DNA of 64,000 bases, taken from Candidatus Eiseniibacteriota bacterium. GTDB lineage: Bacteria > Eisenbacteria > RBG-16-71-46. Of this stretch, positions 43,565 through 53,106 are shown one piece after another. Below the pieces are notes generated by a model. It had not been told where the DNA came from. It saw nothing but the letters and a program-made list of their open reading frames with translations, and did not search any database. The translations under genes and the position numbers were made by a program. Position 1 is the stretch's first letter. Every line of letters starts with the position of its first letter. The DNA lies in contig CAVSAC010000014.1 of assembly GCA_963725865.1 (NCBI GenBank), positions 480,001-544,000 of the forward strand. Direction: 5' to 3'.

Positions 43565-44601
43565 GCTGGGTTCTCTCCGTCGGCGCCGCCCGTCGGGCGG
43601 CCGCCGGCACTCGGGGGGGCCGTGTAGAGGTCGGTCATGGTCACGCGCTGGGGCCGCCGCACGTGGAGGTAGGCGGAGTTCGCCGCCACCGCTCCCTCGC
43701 CGGAAGCCGTGATGAGCAGCTTGTACTTGCCGGGATACGTCACGATGTCGCCGCAGGCGAACACGCCCGCCAGCGAAGTGCCCATCGAGGCGTCGACCGG
43801 GATTTGATTGCCCTCGACCGCGATGCCCCAGCGCTTCACCGCGTCGAGGTTCACCGCCGCCCCGATGTTGACCACCAGCACGTCGCACGGGATGCGCCGG
43901 GGCTCGGCGTCGCCCTTGGTCTGGACGGTCACCGACTGCAGCACGCCGTCCTGGTGCTCGATCGACTTCACGCGCGTCTCGAGCAGCGCCGGGATCCCGA
44001 GCGCCTGGACCGCCTCGAGGTTCTTCTCCATCCCGGTCAGATGGTCGAGCACCTGCACCAGGTGCACGGTGGCGCCCGCCGCGTGCGCCGCCTGGGCGCT
44101 CTCGAGGCCGGAGTCGCCGCCGCCCACGACCACGACGCGCCGGCCGGCGACCCGCGCGGCCTCCGCCATGCGGTACGTGACGCTCGCCTCCCCCAGCTGC
44201 TCCTCGCCCGGCACCCGCAGCCGCCGGGGCTCGAACGCCCCGCCCCCGATCGCGACGATCACCGCGCCCGCCTCGTGGGTGCGCTGGGTGTCGCTGCCGA
44301 TGTCGAGGGACGTGAGCTCGAACGTGCCGTCGGCGCGCGGCACCAGGTCGAGCACCTTGTGTTCCGGGAGGATCTCGACCCCGAGCCCCAGGGCGTGCTC
44401 CACCAGCCGCTCGGCGAGCGCGCGCGCGACGATGAGGTCGTCGCCGGGCCAGTCGTGAACCGGCTTCTCGCCGTAGACCGAGATCAGCTGTCCGCCGGGA
44501 CGCGAGGCGTCGAACACCAGCACCGACATCCGCCGCATGCGCAGGAACATGCCGGCGGTCAGCCCCGCGGGCCCGCCGCCGATGATCACCACCTCGTGCA
44601 A
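43561..44601 (-). CDS. TrxB-like FAD oxidoreductase, probably ferredoxin-NADP+ reductase
   Basis: IIGGGPAGL, GGQL...YGEKPVHD, GGGDSG, GDIVTYPGKYKLL; no CxxC. Confidence 0.85.
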   Translation of the reverse strand: MHEVVIIGGGPAGLTAGMFLRMRRMSVLVFDASRPGGQLISVYGEKPVHDWPGDDLIVARALAERLVEHALGLGVEILPEHKVLDLVPRADGTFELTSLDIGSDTQRTHEAGAVIVAIGGGAFEPRRLRVPGEEQLGEASVTYRMAEAARVAGRRVVVVGGGDSGLESAQAAHAAGATVHLVQVLDHLTGMEKNLEAVQALGIPALLETRVKSIEHQDGVLQSVTVQTKGDAEPRRIPCDVLVVNIGAAVNLDAVKRWGIAVEGNQIPVDASMGTSLAGVFACGDIVTYPGKYKLLITASGEGAVAANSAYLHVRRPQRVTMTDLYTAPPSAGGRPTGGADGENPA

Positions 44602-44956
44602 CCGGCCCGTCCTTTCGAGCAGCGCTGATGCGGGCGGGGACCATCGGCCGGAGTGTGCCTCCGGCGCGGGCGAAGGGGTCCAGCGCATCCGCGGGAAGTG
44701 CCTCCGGCACGGTAAGGGCGCGCTCGGCGGGCGGTCAAGGCGAGCGGGCGAGCGGCTCCGCGGGCGCCCCGGGCGGGCCCGCGAGCCCCAGGAGCCGGTC
44801 CCAGAAGGCCCTCAAGCCCATGCCGGATCGTGCCGATGACAGCGGGGTACGGGCCCCGATCCCGGTCCCCCCCGGCCCGAGCAGGGACGCGTCCGAATGA
44901 CGCCGGCGCAGCGCGCACGACGCGCCCGCATCGGCTTGCCGCCATCGGAGACGCAT

Positions 44957-45349
44957 ATGGCCGCCGCCGCGCCGCGACCCTCGCTGTCGCACGAATGCCG
45001 GGCGCCGTACGACCCCGAGTGTCTGCGTGCGCTCTCGACCGCCTGCGCGGGCTACGAACGCGAGATGGTGCTCGAGCTGTTGCTGCGCGTGCCATGGCTC
45101 ATGCAGGAGATCGATCGTGCCGTGATCCTGCGCGACCCGGAGCGGCTCGCGCTGCTCGCTCACGACCTCCAGCGTTGCTGCGTGCTGCTGGGCGCCGAGC
45201 CGCTCGGTGACGCGAGCACCGCGCTCGAGCACATGGGAGAGCGCGCCGACTTCCGGATCGCGCGCACGCTGCTCGAGTGCGCGCACGCGGAGCGCACGCG
45301 GCTGGAGCAGGCGCTCGCCGCCCACCTGGCCGAGCTGCGCGGCCGCTGA
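44957..45349 (+). CDS. Hpt domain protein
   Basis: LALLAHDLQRCCVLLGA..L...STALE. Confidence 0.65.
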   Translation: MAAAAPRPSLSHECRAPYDPECLRALSTACAGYEREMVLELLLRVPWLMQEIDRAVILRDPERLALLAHDLQRCCVLLGAEPLGDASTALEHMGERADFRIARTLLECAHAERTRLEQALAAHLAELRGR

Positions 45350-45442
45350 GCCGCGACGGCCGCCGCGCCGGCCCGCGCGAGGTGTCGCGCGAGCGGCGCT
45401 CGCTTGACCCCCCCGGGGGTCCGGCGTAGCGTCGCCGCCGTC

Positions 45443-46198
45443 ATGAACACCCACAGCGTGATGCGGGCGGAGCCGGCGCCCGCGACCCTCGCGGGCGTAC
45501 GGCGGTGGCTCACGCCGGTGCGGGCCGCCCTCGGTCCCGACTTCCTCGCCGCCTATCTGACCGGCAGCGTGCTCAACACCGAGTGGAACCCGAAGCGCTC
45601 GGCGGTCAACCTGCTGGTGGTGGCGCGCGCCATCGACACCACGCGTGTCGACGCGCTGGCCGTCGCGATCCCGAAGCCCGACCCGGTCGTGCGCATCGAG
45701 CCGTTGTTCCTCTCGCTCCGGCAGATCGAGCACTCGCTCGACGTGTTCCCGATCGAGTGGACCGAGATCCTCGAGCGCCACCTGTTGCTCGAGGGCGAGG
45801 ACGTGATCGGGACGCTCGCGGTGCCGCCGCAGGCCCTGCGCTCCCAGCTCGAGCACGAGCTGCGCAGCAAGCATCTGCGCCTGCGCCACGCGTACCTGCT
45901 CTCGCACGCCCACCCGCACGAGCTGGAGCGCGAACTGCGCGGCGTCGCATCGTCGTTCGCGGCGCTGTTCCGCACCCTGCTGCGACTGCAGGGCGAGCCG
46001 GTGCCGGCGGAGCTGGCGCAGGTCATCGAGCGAGTCTGCGATCTCTATCGCATCGACGCGCAAGGCCTGCTGGGCGCCCACATGGTGCGCTACGGCGAGC
46101 GGGGCTGGAAGCCCGGCGAGATCGTGCCGCTCTTCCGCGGCTTCCTGGCCGGGGTCGATCGCCTCATCGAGGCGATCGACGACTTGCGTCTGCCATGA
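45443..46198 (+). CDS. Nucleotidyltransferase-like protein of the TPM/LemA locus
   Basis: YLTGSV...SAVNLLVV; DVFPIEW; LRSQLEHELR. Confidence 0.65.
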   Translation: MNTHSVMRAEPAPATLAGVRRWLTPVRAALGPDFLAAYLTGSVLNTEWNPKRSAVNLLVVARAIDTTRVDALAVAIPKPDPVVRIEPLFLSLRQIEHSLDVFPIEWTEILERHLLLEGEDVIGTLAVPPQALRSQLEHELRSKHLRLRHAYLLSHAHPHELERELRGVASSFAALFRTLLRLQGEPVPAELAQVIERVCDLYRIDAQGLLGAHMVRYGERGWKPGEIVPLFRGFLAGVDRLIEAIDDLRLP

Positions 46199-47010
46199 GG
46201 CGCCGGCGCGCCACCGCGCGCGTCGCCGCTCTGCTGATCGCGATCCTCGCCCTTGCACCCGCGCGGGCCGGTCGCACGCAGGACGGGAGCACGGCGCCCG
46301 CGATCCCGCCGGCGGTCGGGAACGTCAACGACTTCGCCGGCGTGTTCGACGAGTCCGCGCGCGCCCGGCTCGAGGGCTTCCTCGACCAGGTGCATCGCAA
46401 GACCGGCGCCCAGTTCTGGGTGATGACCGTCGACTCCTGCCCGACCCCACCGGATGAGTTCAAGACCACGGTCTTCAAGACGTGGGGGATCGGGCGCAAG
46501 GGCGTCGACGACGGGCTGCTGATGCTGGTCGCACTGCGCCAGCGGCGCGTCGAGTTCGAGACCGGCTACGGGCTCGAGGGCACGCTCACCGACGCGTTCG
46601 AGTCGCGGGTGGTACGCGAGGTGATGGCGCCACGGATGCGTGCCGGCGACCTGCCCGGCGGAATCACGCAGGGCGCGCTCGCGGTGTCGGCGAAGATCGC
46701 CGCCGCGCATCACGTAACGCTCGAGTGGGACGGCCGCGAGCTGCGCTATCGCGACCGTGCGGCCGGCCTGCCGACGTGGGTGGTGGTGCTGCTGGTGATC
46801 TTCGTCCTGCTGATGGTCGCCTTGGGCGGCGGCTTCGGCGGCCAGCCCCGTCGCCGCTGGCGCAGCGGCTACGATGACGGCCTCGGCGGCTGGGGCGGCT
46901 GGGGTGGCGGCTTCGGCGGTGGCGGTGGCGGCTTCGGCGGTGGCGGTGGCGGCTTCGGCGGCGGGGGTGGCGGTGCGAGCGGCGGCGGTGGTGGCGGAGG
47001 TTCGTGGTAG
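46195..47010 (+). CDS. TPM domain (YgcG-like) protein with Gly-rich tail
   Basis: VNDFAGVF, WGIGRKGVDDGLL, ETGYGLEG, GGGGGGSW end. Confidence 0.92.
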   Translation: MRRRRATARVAALLIAILALAPARAGRTQDGSTAPAIPPAVGNVNDFAGVFDESARARLEGFLDQVHRKTGAQFWVMTVDSCPTPPDEFKTTVFKTWGIGRKGVDDGLLMLVALRQRRVEFETGYGLEGTLTDAFESRVVREVMAPRMRAGDLPGGITQGALAVSAKIAAAHHVTLEWDGRELRYRDRAAGLPTWVVVLLVIFVLLMVALGGGFGGQPRRRWRSGYDDGLGGWGGWGGGFGGGGGGFGGGGGGFGGGGGGASGGGGGGGSW

Positions 47011-47060
47011 CGTTCCCGCGCGCGCGGCGTGCGCGCGCTCGTTCGAGAGGAGAGGGATCG

Positions 47061-47642
47061 ATGCGTCGTGGACTGTGGATCGGGATCGCCGTCGTGGCCG
47101 TGCTGCTGATGATGGTCGGCGGCTGTCTGACCGGGAGCTACAACCGCCTCGTCACCACGCGCGAGTCGGTGACCAACCGCTGGGAGCAGGTCAACAGCCA
47201 GTTGCAGCGACGCAACGACCTGATCGGCAACCTGGTCGAGTCGGTGAAGGGCACCGCGACCCAGGAGCAGGTGGTGTTCGGCGAGATCGCCGACGCGCGC
47301 GCGCGCATGAGCGGCGCGCAGACGCCGCAGCAGAGCATCGCCGCCGGACAGGCCATGGACGGGGCCATCGGACGGCTGCTGGTGGTGGTGGAGAACTACC
47401 CGCAGCTCAAGAGCAACGAGGCGTTCCTCGGGCTGATGGACGAGCTGACCGGCACCGAGAACCGGCTCGCCACCGAGCGCATGCGGTACAACGACGAGGT
47501 GCGGGGCTTCAACGTCATGATCAAGCGCTTCCCCACCAACCTCTACGCCTCGCTGTTCAAGTTCACCGAAGCGCCCTACTACCCGGTGACCGAGCAGGCG
47601 AAGGTCGCGCCCAAGGTGGATTTCAGCGGGCTGAAGAAGTAG
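47061..47642 (+). CDS. lemA: LemA family protein
   Basis: QLQRRNDLIGNLV, ENYPQLKSN, ELTGTENR, FPTNL. Confidence 0.93.
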   Translation: MRRGLWIGIAVVAVLLMMVGGCLTGSYNRLVTTRESVTNRWEQVNSQLQRRNDLIGNLVESVKGTATQEQVVFGEIADARARMSGAQTPQQSIAAGQAMDGAIGRLLVVVENYPQLKSNEAFLGLMDELTGTENRLATERMRYNDEVRGFNVMIKRFPTNLYASLFKFTEAPYYPVTEQAKVAPKVDFSGLKK

Positions 47643-47693
47643 CGCGCGCCGCTCCGCGGGAGCGCCGGGGCCACGGCGCCGGCGCTCCCCGCG

Positions 47694-48500
47694 TCATGCG
47701 GCCCCGTCCCCGCCGATGCGCTCGCGCCACTCGCGGGCGAGCCACTCGAGGAACCACACCACCTCGCGCGGCGACGCGACCACGTACTCGGCGCGCGAGA
47801 ACGGGCGGCCGACCACCACGGCGACCCCGCCGCGGGCGCGCGCCCGCTCGAACGCGGGCTCGTCGTGGGTGTCGTCGCCGAGGTACACCACCAGCGCGCC
47901 ACGCCGCGGCCGCAGCCAGCGCTCGAGCGCGGAACCCTTGTCCCAGCGCACCGGCGGCATCACCTCGAACACCATCTTGCCGTGCACCAGCGTCGCCCGC
48001 CCGCGGAGCGGCCGCACCCGCCGCCGCACGCCCGCGCCGAAGGCGGGGCGGAATCGCGCCGGCACGCTGCGGTAGTGGAGGGCGATCGCGTGGCGCTTGT
48101 CCTCGAGCCACGCGCCGGGAAAGCGCCGGCACCACGCCTCCAGCTCCGCCCACAGCTCCCGCGGCAGCTCGGCGCCGGGCGCCAGATGCAGGCGCCGTCG
48201 TCCACCCGGCTCCTGGGTCTCGAGTCCGGCCGAGCCGCTCAGGAACACGTTCGGCAGCGCGAGGCGCTCGCGCAGGTCGTCGAGCGAGCGGCCCGAGAGC
48301 ACGGCCACCGAGACGCGGGCGAGCCGTCCCAGCCGGTGCAGGGCGCGGCGCGCGCGCGCCGAGAGCACCGCGTGCTCGGGACGCTCCACGATCGGCGTGA
48401 GCGTGCCGTCGAAGTCGGCGGCGACGGCGAGTGACGGCGCCCGCGTCACGCGGGCGGCGAGTCCCTCGAGCGACAGCCACAGGGGACGCAGGCGAGCCAT
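47694..48500 (-). CDS. otsB: Trehalose-6-phosphate phosphatase
   Basis: DFDGTLTPI, SGR, EDK...LHYR, GKMVFEV.P..WDKG, GDDTHDE. Confidence 0.92.
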   Translation of the reverse strand: MARLRPLWLSLEGLAARVTRAPSLAVAADFDGTLTPIVERPEHAVLSARARRALHRLGRLARVSVAVLSGRSLDDLRERLALPNVFLSGSAGLETQEPGGRRRLHLAPGAELPRELWAELEAWCRRFPGAWLEDKRHAIALHYRSVPARFRPAFGAGVRRRVRPLRGRATLVHGKMVFEVMPPVRWDKGSALERWLRPRRGALVVYLGDDTHDEPAFERARARGGVAVVVGRPFSRAEYVVASPREVVWFLEWLAREWRERIGGDGAA

Positions 48501-48777
48501 GGGGTCCTCCGGGTTGCGTACACGGCCATTCTGGATCCGCGGTCCCGCGGCCCGGGCAGCCTAGCGCCCGGCCTCGCATTCCTCTACCCCGCCAGGTGTC
48601 GCGCGGTGCCGAACCGATTCTGGACAGGTCGAGGTCAAGTCGCTAGCGTCCATGAGCGTCCACTCCATGGGGACCACCCGACGTTCTCGCCGTTCGGAGC
48701 CCGTTTCGGCCCCGCGCCGGTGTATAGCTTGGACCAGCCGATCCCGGAGCCGAGGCCCCCACCCGAGGAGGCTCAGC

Positions 48778-50361
48778 GTGGAACAGCGTGAACGCGTGCG
48801 TGGCGCCCTCAATCGCGCCGCGATCCGAACCCGCCAGCGCAGCGGGGCGCCACCGCGCCGCGGACGGGAGCACCTGCAGGAGTGGGGCCGGGCGCACCTG
48901 CGCGACCGGCGGTTCGTGGTGATCTCCAACCGCGAGCCCTATTCCCACCACGCCGAGGGCGGACTGCACTGGGTGCGCAACGCCGGCGGCCTGACGGTGG
49001 CGCTCGACGCGGTGGCGCGCGCGCTCGGCGGGACCTGGGTGGCTCACGGTTCCGGCAGCGCCGATCGCGAGACCGCGGACGAGCGCGGCCACGTGCCGTG
49101 CCCGCCGGGGCATCCGGCGTACACGCTGCGCCGCGTCTGGCTCGACGCCGAGGACCACGAGCGCTTCTACGCCGGGTTCTCGAACTCCGCGCTGTGGCCG
49201 CTCTGCCACATCGTGTTCGTCCGGCCGACGTTCCGGCTCGCGGACTGGGAGCGTTACCGCGACGTGAACCGGCGCTTCGCCGAGGCGGCCCTCGAGGAGA
49301 TCGGCGACGCGCCAGCGGTGGTCTTCATCCAGGATTACCACCTGGCGCTGGCGGCGAAGTACCTCAAGGCCGCGCGGCCCGACCTCCAGGTCGCGCTGTT
49401 CTGGCACATCCCGTGGCCCAACGCCGAGGTGTTCCGCCGGCTGCCCTGGGGCGAGGAGTTGCTCGACGGCCTGCTCGCGAACGACCTGCTCGGCTTCCAC
49501 ACCCACCAGCACGCGCTGAACTTCCTCGACTCGGTGGCGGACACGCTCGAGGCGCGCGTGGATTCCGGCCGGCTGGCGGTCGACCGCGCGGGACGCCGCA
49601 CCTGGGTGCGGCACTTCCCGATCGGCGTCGACGCCGAGGAGATCGCGATGCTCGCCGAGTCGACCGAGGCGCGCGCCCAGGAGCAGGCGCTGCGCGAGCG
49701 GCTCGGACTGAACGGAGTGCGCCTGGGCCTCGGGGTGGACCGGCTCGACTACACCAAGGGCATCCCCGAGCGACTCGAGGCCGTCGAGCGGCTGTTCGAG
49801 TCGCATCCCGAGTGGGTGGGGCGCCTGGCGTTCGTGCAGATCGGCGTGCCGTCGCGGATCGAGCTGGCGGAGTATCGCGCGGTGCGGGACCGGACGCGTG
49901 CCCTGGTGGAGCGCATCGAAGCCCGCTTCCCCCGCCGCGACGGCCCCACCATCCACCTGATCGAGGAGAACCTCGACTTCCGCGAGCTGGTGCCGTGGTA
50001 CCGCGCGGCCGACCTGTGCGCGGTCACCGCGCTTCACGACGGGATGAACCTGGTCGCCAAGGAGTACCTGGCGGCCTCCCCGGATCACGCGGGTGCCCTG
50101 GTGCTGTCCCCGTTCACCGGCGCCGCGCGCGAGTTGGAACGCGCGTGGATCGCCAGCCCTTACGACCGCGAGGGACTCGCGGAGACGATGCACGCCGCGC
50201 TGTCGGAGCCCGACGAGGAGCGCCGGGTGCGCATGCAGGCGCTGCGCGAGACGGTGCTGCGCTGGAACATCTACGACTGGGCCATCGGCGTCCTCGATGG
50301 CCTCATGGACCTCAACCTGCGCACGCCGGCCGGCGCGCCGGCATCCGTTCCATCGCCCTGA
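48778..50361 (+). CDS. otsA: Trehalose-6-phosphate synthase
   Basis: SNREP, LWPLCH, QDYHL, FWHIPWP, DRLDYTKGI, DGMNLVAKEY; GTG start after GAGGAGG (upstream ATG at 48652 possible). Confidence 0.95.
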   Translation: MEQRERVRGALNRAAIRTRQRSGAPPRRGREHLQEWGRAHLRDRRFVVISNREPYSHHAEGGLHWVRNAGGLTVALDAVARALGGTWVAHGSGSADRETADERGHVPCPPGHPAYTLRRVWLDAEDHERFYAGFSNSALWPLCHIVFVRPTFRLADWERYRDVNRRFAEAALEEIGDAPAVVFIQDYHLALAAKYLKAARPDLQVALFWHIPWPNAEVFRRLPWGEELLDGLLANDLLGFHTHQHALNFLDSVADTLEARVDSGRLAVDRAGRRTWVRHFPIGVDAEEIAMLAESTEARAQEQALRERLGLNGVRLGLGVDRLDYTKGIPERLEAVERLFESHPEWVGRLAFVQIGVPSRIELAEYRAVRDRTRALVERIEARFPRRDGPTIHLIEENLDFRELVPWYRAADLCAVTALHDGMNLVAKEYLAASPDHAGALVLSPFTGAARELERAWIASPYDREGLAETMHAALSEPDEERRVRMQALRETVLRWNIYDWAIGVLDGLMDLNLRTPAGAPASVPSP

Positions 50362-50398
50362 TCCCGCCGGCGAGCGGGCCACGCCCCGGAGGTGACCG

Positions 50399-51097
50399 AT
50401 GCCGTTCGCACTGCTGATGCAGTCCGTCGTCTGGCAGGAGACACTCGATCGTCTGAGGTCGCAGGCCATCGACGCCGAGCGCGGCGCGCTCGCGCTGGCG
50501 CTGGCCGCGGCGGTCGCGCTGGTGGGCTGGGGGCTCGCGGCGCTGGTGTCGCGGCTGCTGCTCGCGCTGCTGCGCGCCGGGCGCTTCAATGCCGCCATGC
50601 GCCGGCTCGTCGGCCACGAGCCGATGCGCGAGCCGGCGGTGCTCACGGCGCGCGCGGTGTTCGCCGTGCTGGTGGTGGCCGGCGTGGTGCTGGGGCTCGA
50701 CACGCTCGGCTTCGGACTCGGCGCCTCGCTCGCCGACCGCCTGCGCGACGTGCTGCCCCGCGTGCTCACCGCCGCGCTGCTGCTGGCGGCCGGCGTGATC
50801 GGCGCGATGGCGCTCGGCTCCGCGACCCGGCGCTTCTTCGACAGCGCCGGCCTGCGCGGCGGGCGGCTGCGCGGACAGATCGTGACGGCGGTCTTCACGC
50901 TCTTCGCCGCGCTGCTGGCGCTCGAGCAGCTGGGATTCGCGGCGCAGTTCGTGGCGGCGGTCGGGGTGGTGGCGGTGAGCGCGCTCGGTCTCGCGGCGGG
51001 GCTGGCGTTCGGGCTCGGCTGTCGCGACCTGGCGCGCGATTTCGTGGTGGAGTACCTGCGCTCGCTCGACGAGGAGCGGCCTGCGCGGCCGCTGTGA
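50399..51097 (+). CDS. Membrane protein related to small mechanosensitive channel TM regions
   Basis: Multi-TM; LPRVLTA, ALEQLG, GLAFGLGCRDLARDF. Confidence 0.7.
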   Translation: MPFALLMQSVVWQETLDRLRSQAIDAERGALALALAAAVALVGWGLAALVSRLLLALLRAGRFNAAMRRLVGHEPMREPAVLTARAVFAVLVVAGVVLGLDTLGFGLGASLADRLRDVLPRVLTAALLLAAGVIGAMALGSATRRFFDSAGLRGGRLRGQIVTAVFTLFAALLALEQLGFAAQFVAAVGVVAVSALGLAAGLAFGLGCRDLARDFVVEYLRSLDEERPARPL

Positions 51098-51104
51098 GGC
51101 GCCG

Positions 51105-51845
51105 ATGAGCACGCTCGCGCTCACGAGCGTCGTGCACCTCGTGCGGCCCACCGGCGTGGTCGCGAACGACCTCGAGGAACTGCGCGCCGGGATCGCGACG
51201 GCGCCCAACGAGGCGCTGTTCCTGCACGTGCCGCTGGTGCGGCTGCGCGCCGGCGGCGACGACGCGCCGCAGGACGACTTCAGCGACTGGGTGTTCGGCG
51301 TGGTGCAGGACCGCGAGACCGCCGAGCGCCTGGCGTTCGCCGCCCAGACCGCGGCCGGTTCCGCCGCGGACCTGCGCGCGGCCCTGCTCGCGGTGCTCGA
51401 CGCGCACGCGCCGGCGACGCGCGCGGCCCGGCGCGCGCCCGCGGGCGGCGGCTTCCACTTCCTCGCCGCGGAATCCGTGCGGCTCGACACCGGGCTCTTC
51501 GCCGAGGATCCCGAGGTCCTGTTGCGCCTGCTGACGGTCGCCGACACCAGCGCGTGGTTCTACCACCTCGTCGAGCAGCCCTGGCGCGCGGACGGGACGG
51601 AGACGCTGTGCGGCTGGCTGCGCGCGCGGGGGGCCGCGACCGTCGCCGCGCGCATCGAGGAGGTGGTGGGCTCGGGTCTCCCGCTCGAGGCCGTGCGCTC
51701 GCGCCTGATCCGACGGTGGCGCCGCGGCCGACTCGTGCAGCGCCTGTCCGAGGCGTCGCAGCGGCCCGAGACGGTGCAGCGGGTGCTGGCGCGGGCGGCG
51801 GCGGCGGGCCTCGCGCGCCGGCTGGCGCGCGGCGACGCCGGCTGA
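51105..51845 (+). CDS. DUF5752-like protein (TreT-associated)
   Basis: Two repeats of the GxxAxDLEEL...FLH...DFSDWV type; FHFL; FYHL. Confidence 0.7.
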   Translation: MSTLALTSVVHLVRPTGVVANDLEELRAGIATAPNEALFLHVPLVRLRAGGDDAPQDDFSDWVFGVVQDRETAERLAFAAQTAAGSAADLRAALLAVLDAHAPATRAARRAPAGGGFHFLAAESVRLDTGLFAEDPEVLLRLLTVADTSAWFYHLVEQPWRADGTETLCGWLRARGAATVAARIEEVVGSGLPLEAVRSRLIRRWRRGRLVQRLSEASQRPETVQRVLARAAAAGLARRLARGDAG

Positions 51846-51858
51846 GCGGCGGCCGCGC

Positions 51859-53091
51859 ATGGACACCGTGCTGCCATCCACCACCGGCTCGCTGCTCGAA
51901 CGCTATCGCGCGATCGCGGGCGACGGCCCGGTGCGGGCGCTCGAGGCGCTCGCGCGGCGCCTGCGAGGCCACCGCGTGGTCATGGTGAACTCCACCGCGA
52001 CCGGCGGGGGCGTCGCCGAGATCCTGCACCGGCTCGTCGCGTTGCTGCAGGAGCTGGGGGTGCCCACCCGCTGGGAGGTGATGCCGGGCGACGAGCGCTT
52101 CTACGGCATCACGAAGACGCTGCACAACACCCTGCACGGGCTGCCCGGCACGCTCAGCGCTGGCGACCGCGAGCACTTCGTCGAGGTGAGCCGGCGCGCC
52201 GCGCAGGCGCTCGACCTCGAGGGCGACCTGGTGATGATCCACGACCCGCAGCCGGTGGCGCTCGCCGGGCTGCGGCGGGTGCCGGGCCAGCACTGGGTGT
52301 GGCGCTGCCACATCGACCTCTCGCACGCCGATGCGGATGCGTGGTCGTTCCTCGCCCCCGAGGTGTCGCGCTACGACGCGACGGTGTTCTCGCACCAGGC
52401 GTTCGTGCCGCCGCTCGCGGTGCCCGCCTATCTCGTGCCGCCCTCGATCGACCCGTTCTCCGACAAGAACCGCGAGCTGACCGACGACGAGCAGCAGGAG
52501 CTGCTGGCGCCTCTCGGGCTGCCAGAGGCGCGTCCGTGGGTGACCCAGGTCTCGCGCTTCGACCGCCTCAAGGACCCGCTCGGGGTGATCGAGGCGTTCG
52601 CGCTGGCGACCCGCCACGAGCGCGCGCACCTGGTGCTCGCGGGCGGGAGCGCCGACGACGATCCCGAGGGCGCCGCGGTGCTGGCCGAGGTGCAGGCCCG
52701 CGCCGCGCAGGTCCGCGACGTCTCGGTGCTGCTGCTGCCGCCCGACGCGCATCGCACCATCAACGCGCTGCAGCGGCGCTCGACCGTGGTGGTGCAGAAG
52801 TCGCTGCGCGAGGGCTTCGCGCTCACCGTCGCGGAGGCGCTGTGGAAGCGGCGTGCGGTGGTCGCGTCGGCGGTCGGCGGGATCCCGCTGCAGGTCCGCC
52901 ACGAGGAGACCGGGCTGCTGGTGCGCTCGATCGAGGGGACGGCCCTGGGGATCACCCGCATGCTGCGCGCGCCCGACCTCCGGCGGCGGCTCGGGAGCGC
53001 CGGCCACGAGCACGTGCGGCGCCACTTCCTGAACGTCCGCGAGGCCAGCGACTACCTGGCGGTGTTCGTGCGCCGACTCGACGGCGGCTGA
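51859..53091 (+). CDS. treT: TreT-like trehalose synthase (GT4 glycosyltransferase)
   Basis: VNSTATGGGVAEIL, IHDPQP, WRCHID, PSIDP, SRFDRLKDP, QKSLREGF. Confidence 0.88.
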   Translation: MDTVLPSTTGSLLERYRAIAGDGPVRALEALARRLRGHRVVMVNSTATGGGVAEILHRLVALLQELGVPTRWEVMPGDERFYGITKTLHNTLHGLPGTLSAGDREHFVEVSRRAAQALDLEGDLVMIHDPQPVALAGLRRVPGQHWVWRCHIDLSHADADAWSFLAPEVSRYDATVFSHQAFVPPLAVPAYLVPPSIDPFSDKNRELTDDEQQELLAPLGLPEARPWVTQVSRFDRLKDPLGVIEAFALATRHERAHLVLAGGSADDDPEGAAVLAEVQARAAQVRDVSVLLLPPDAHRTINALQRRSTVVVQKSLREGFALTVAEALWKRRAVVASAVGGIPLQVRHEETGLLVRSIEGTALGITRMLRAPDLRRRLGSAGHEHVRRHFLNVREASDYLAVFVRRLDGG

Positions 53092-53106
53092 GCGCCGCGG
53101 CCGGCG

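Noticed and set aside
46900..47005. GGCGGT/GGCTTC tandem repeats
   Set aside because: They encode the normal Gly-rich tail of the TPM protein.
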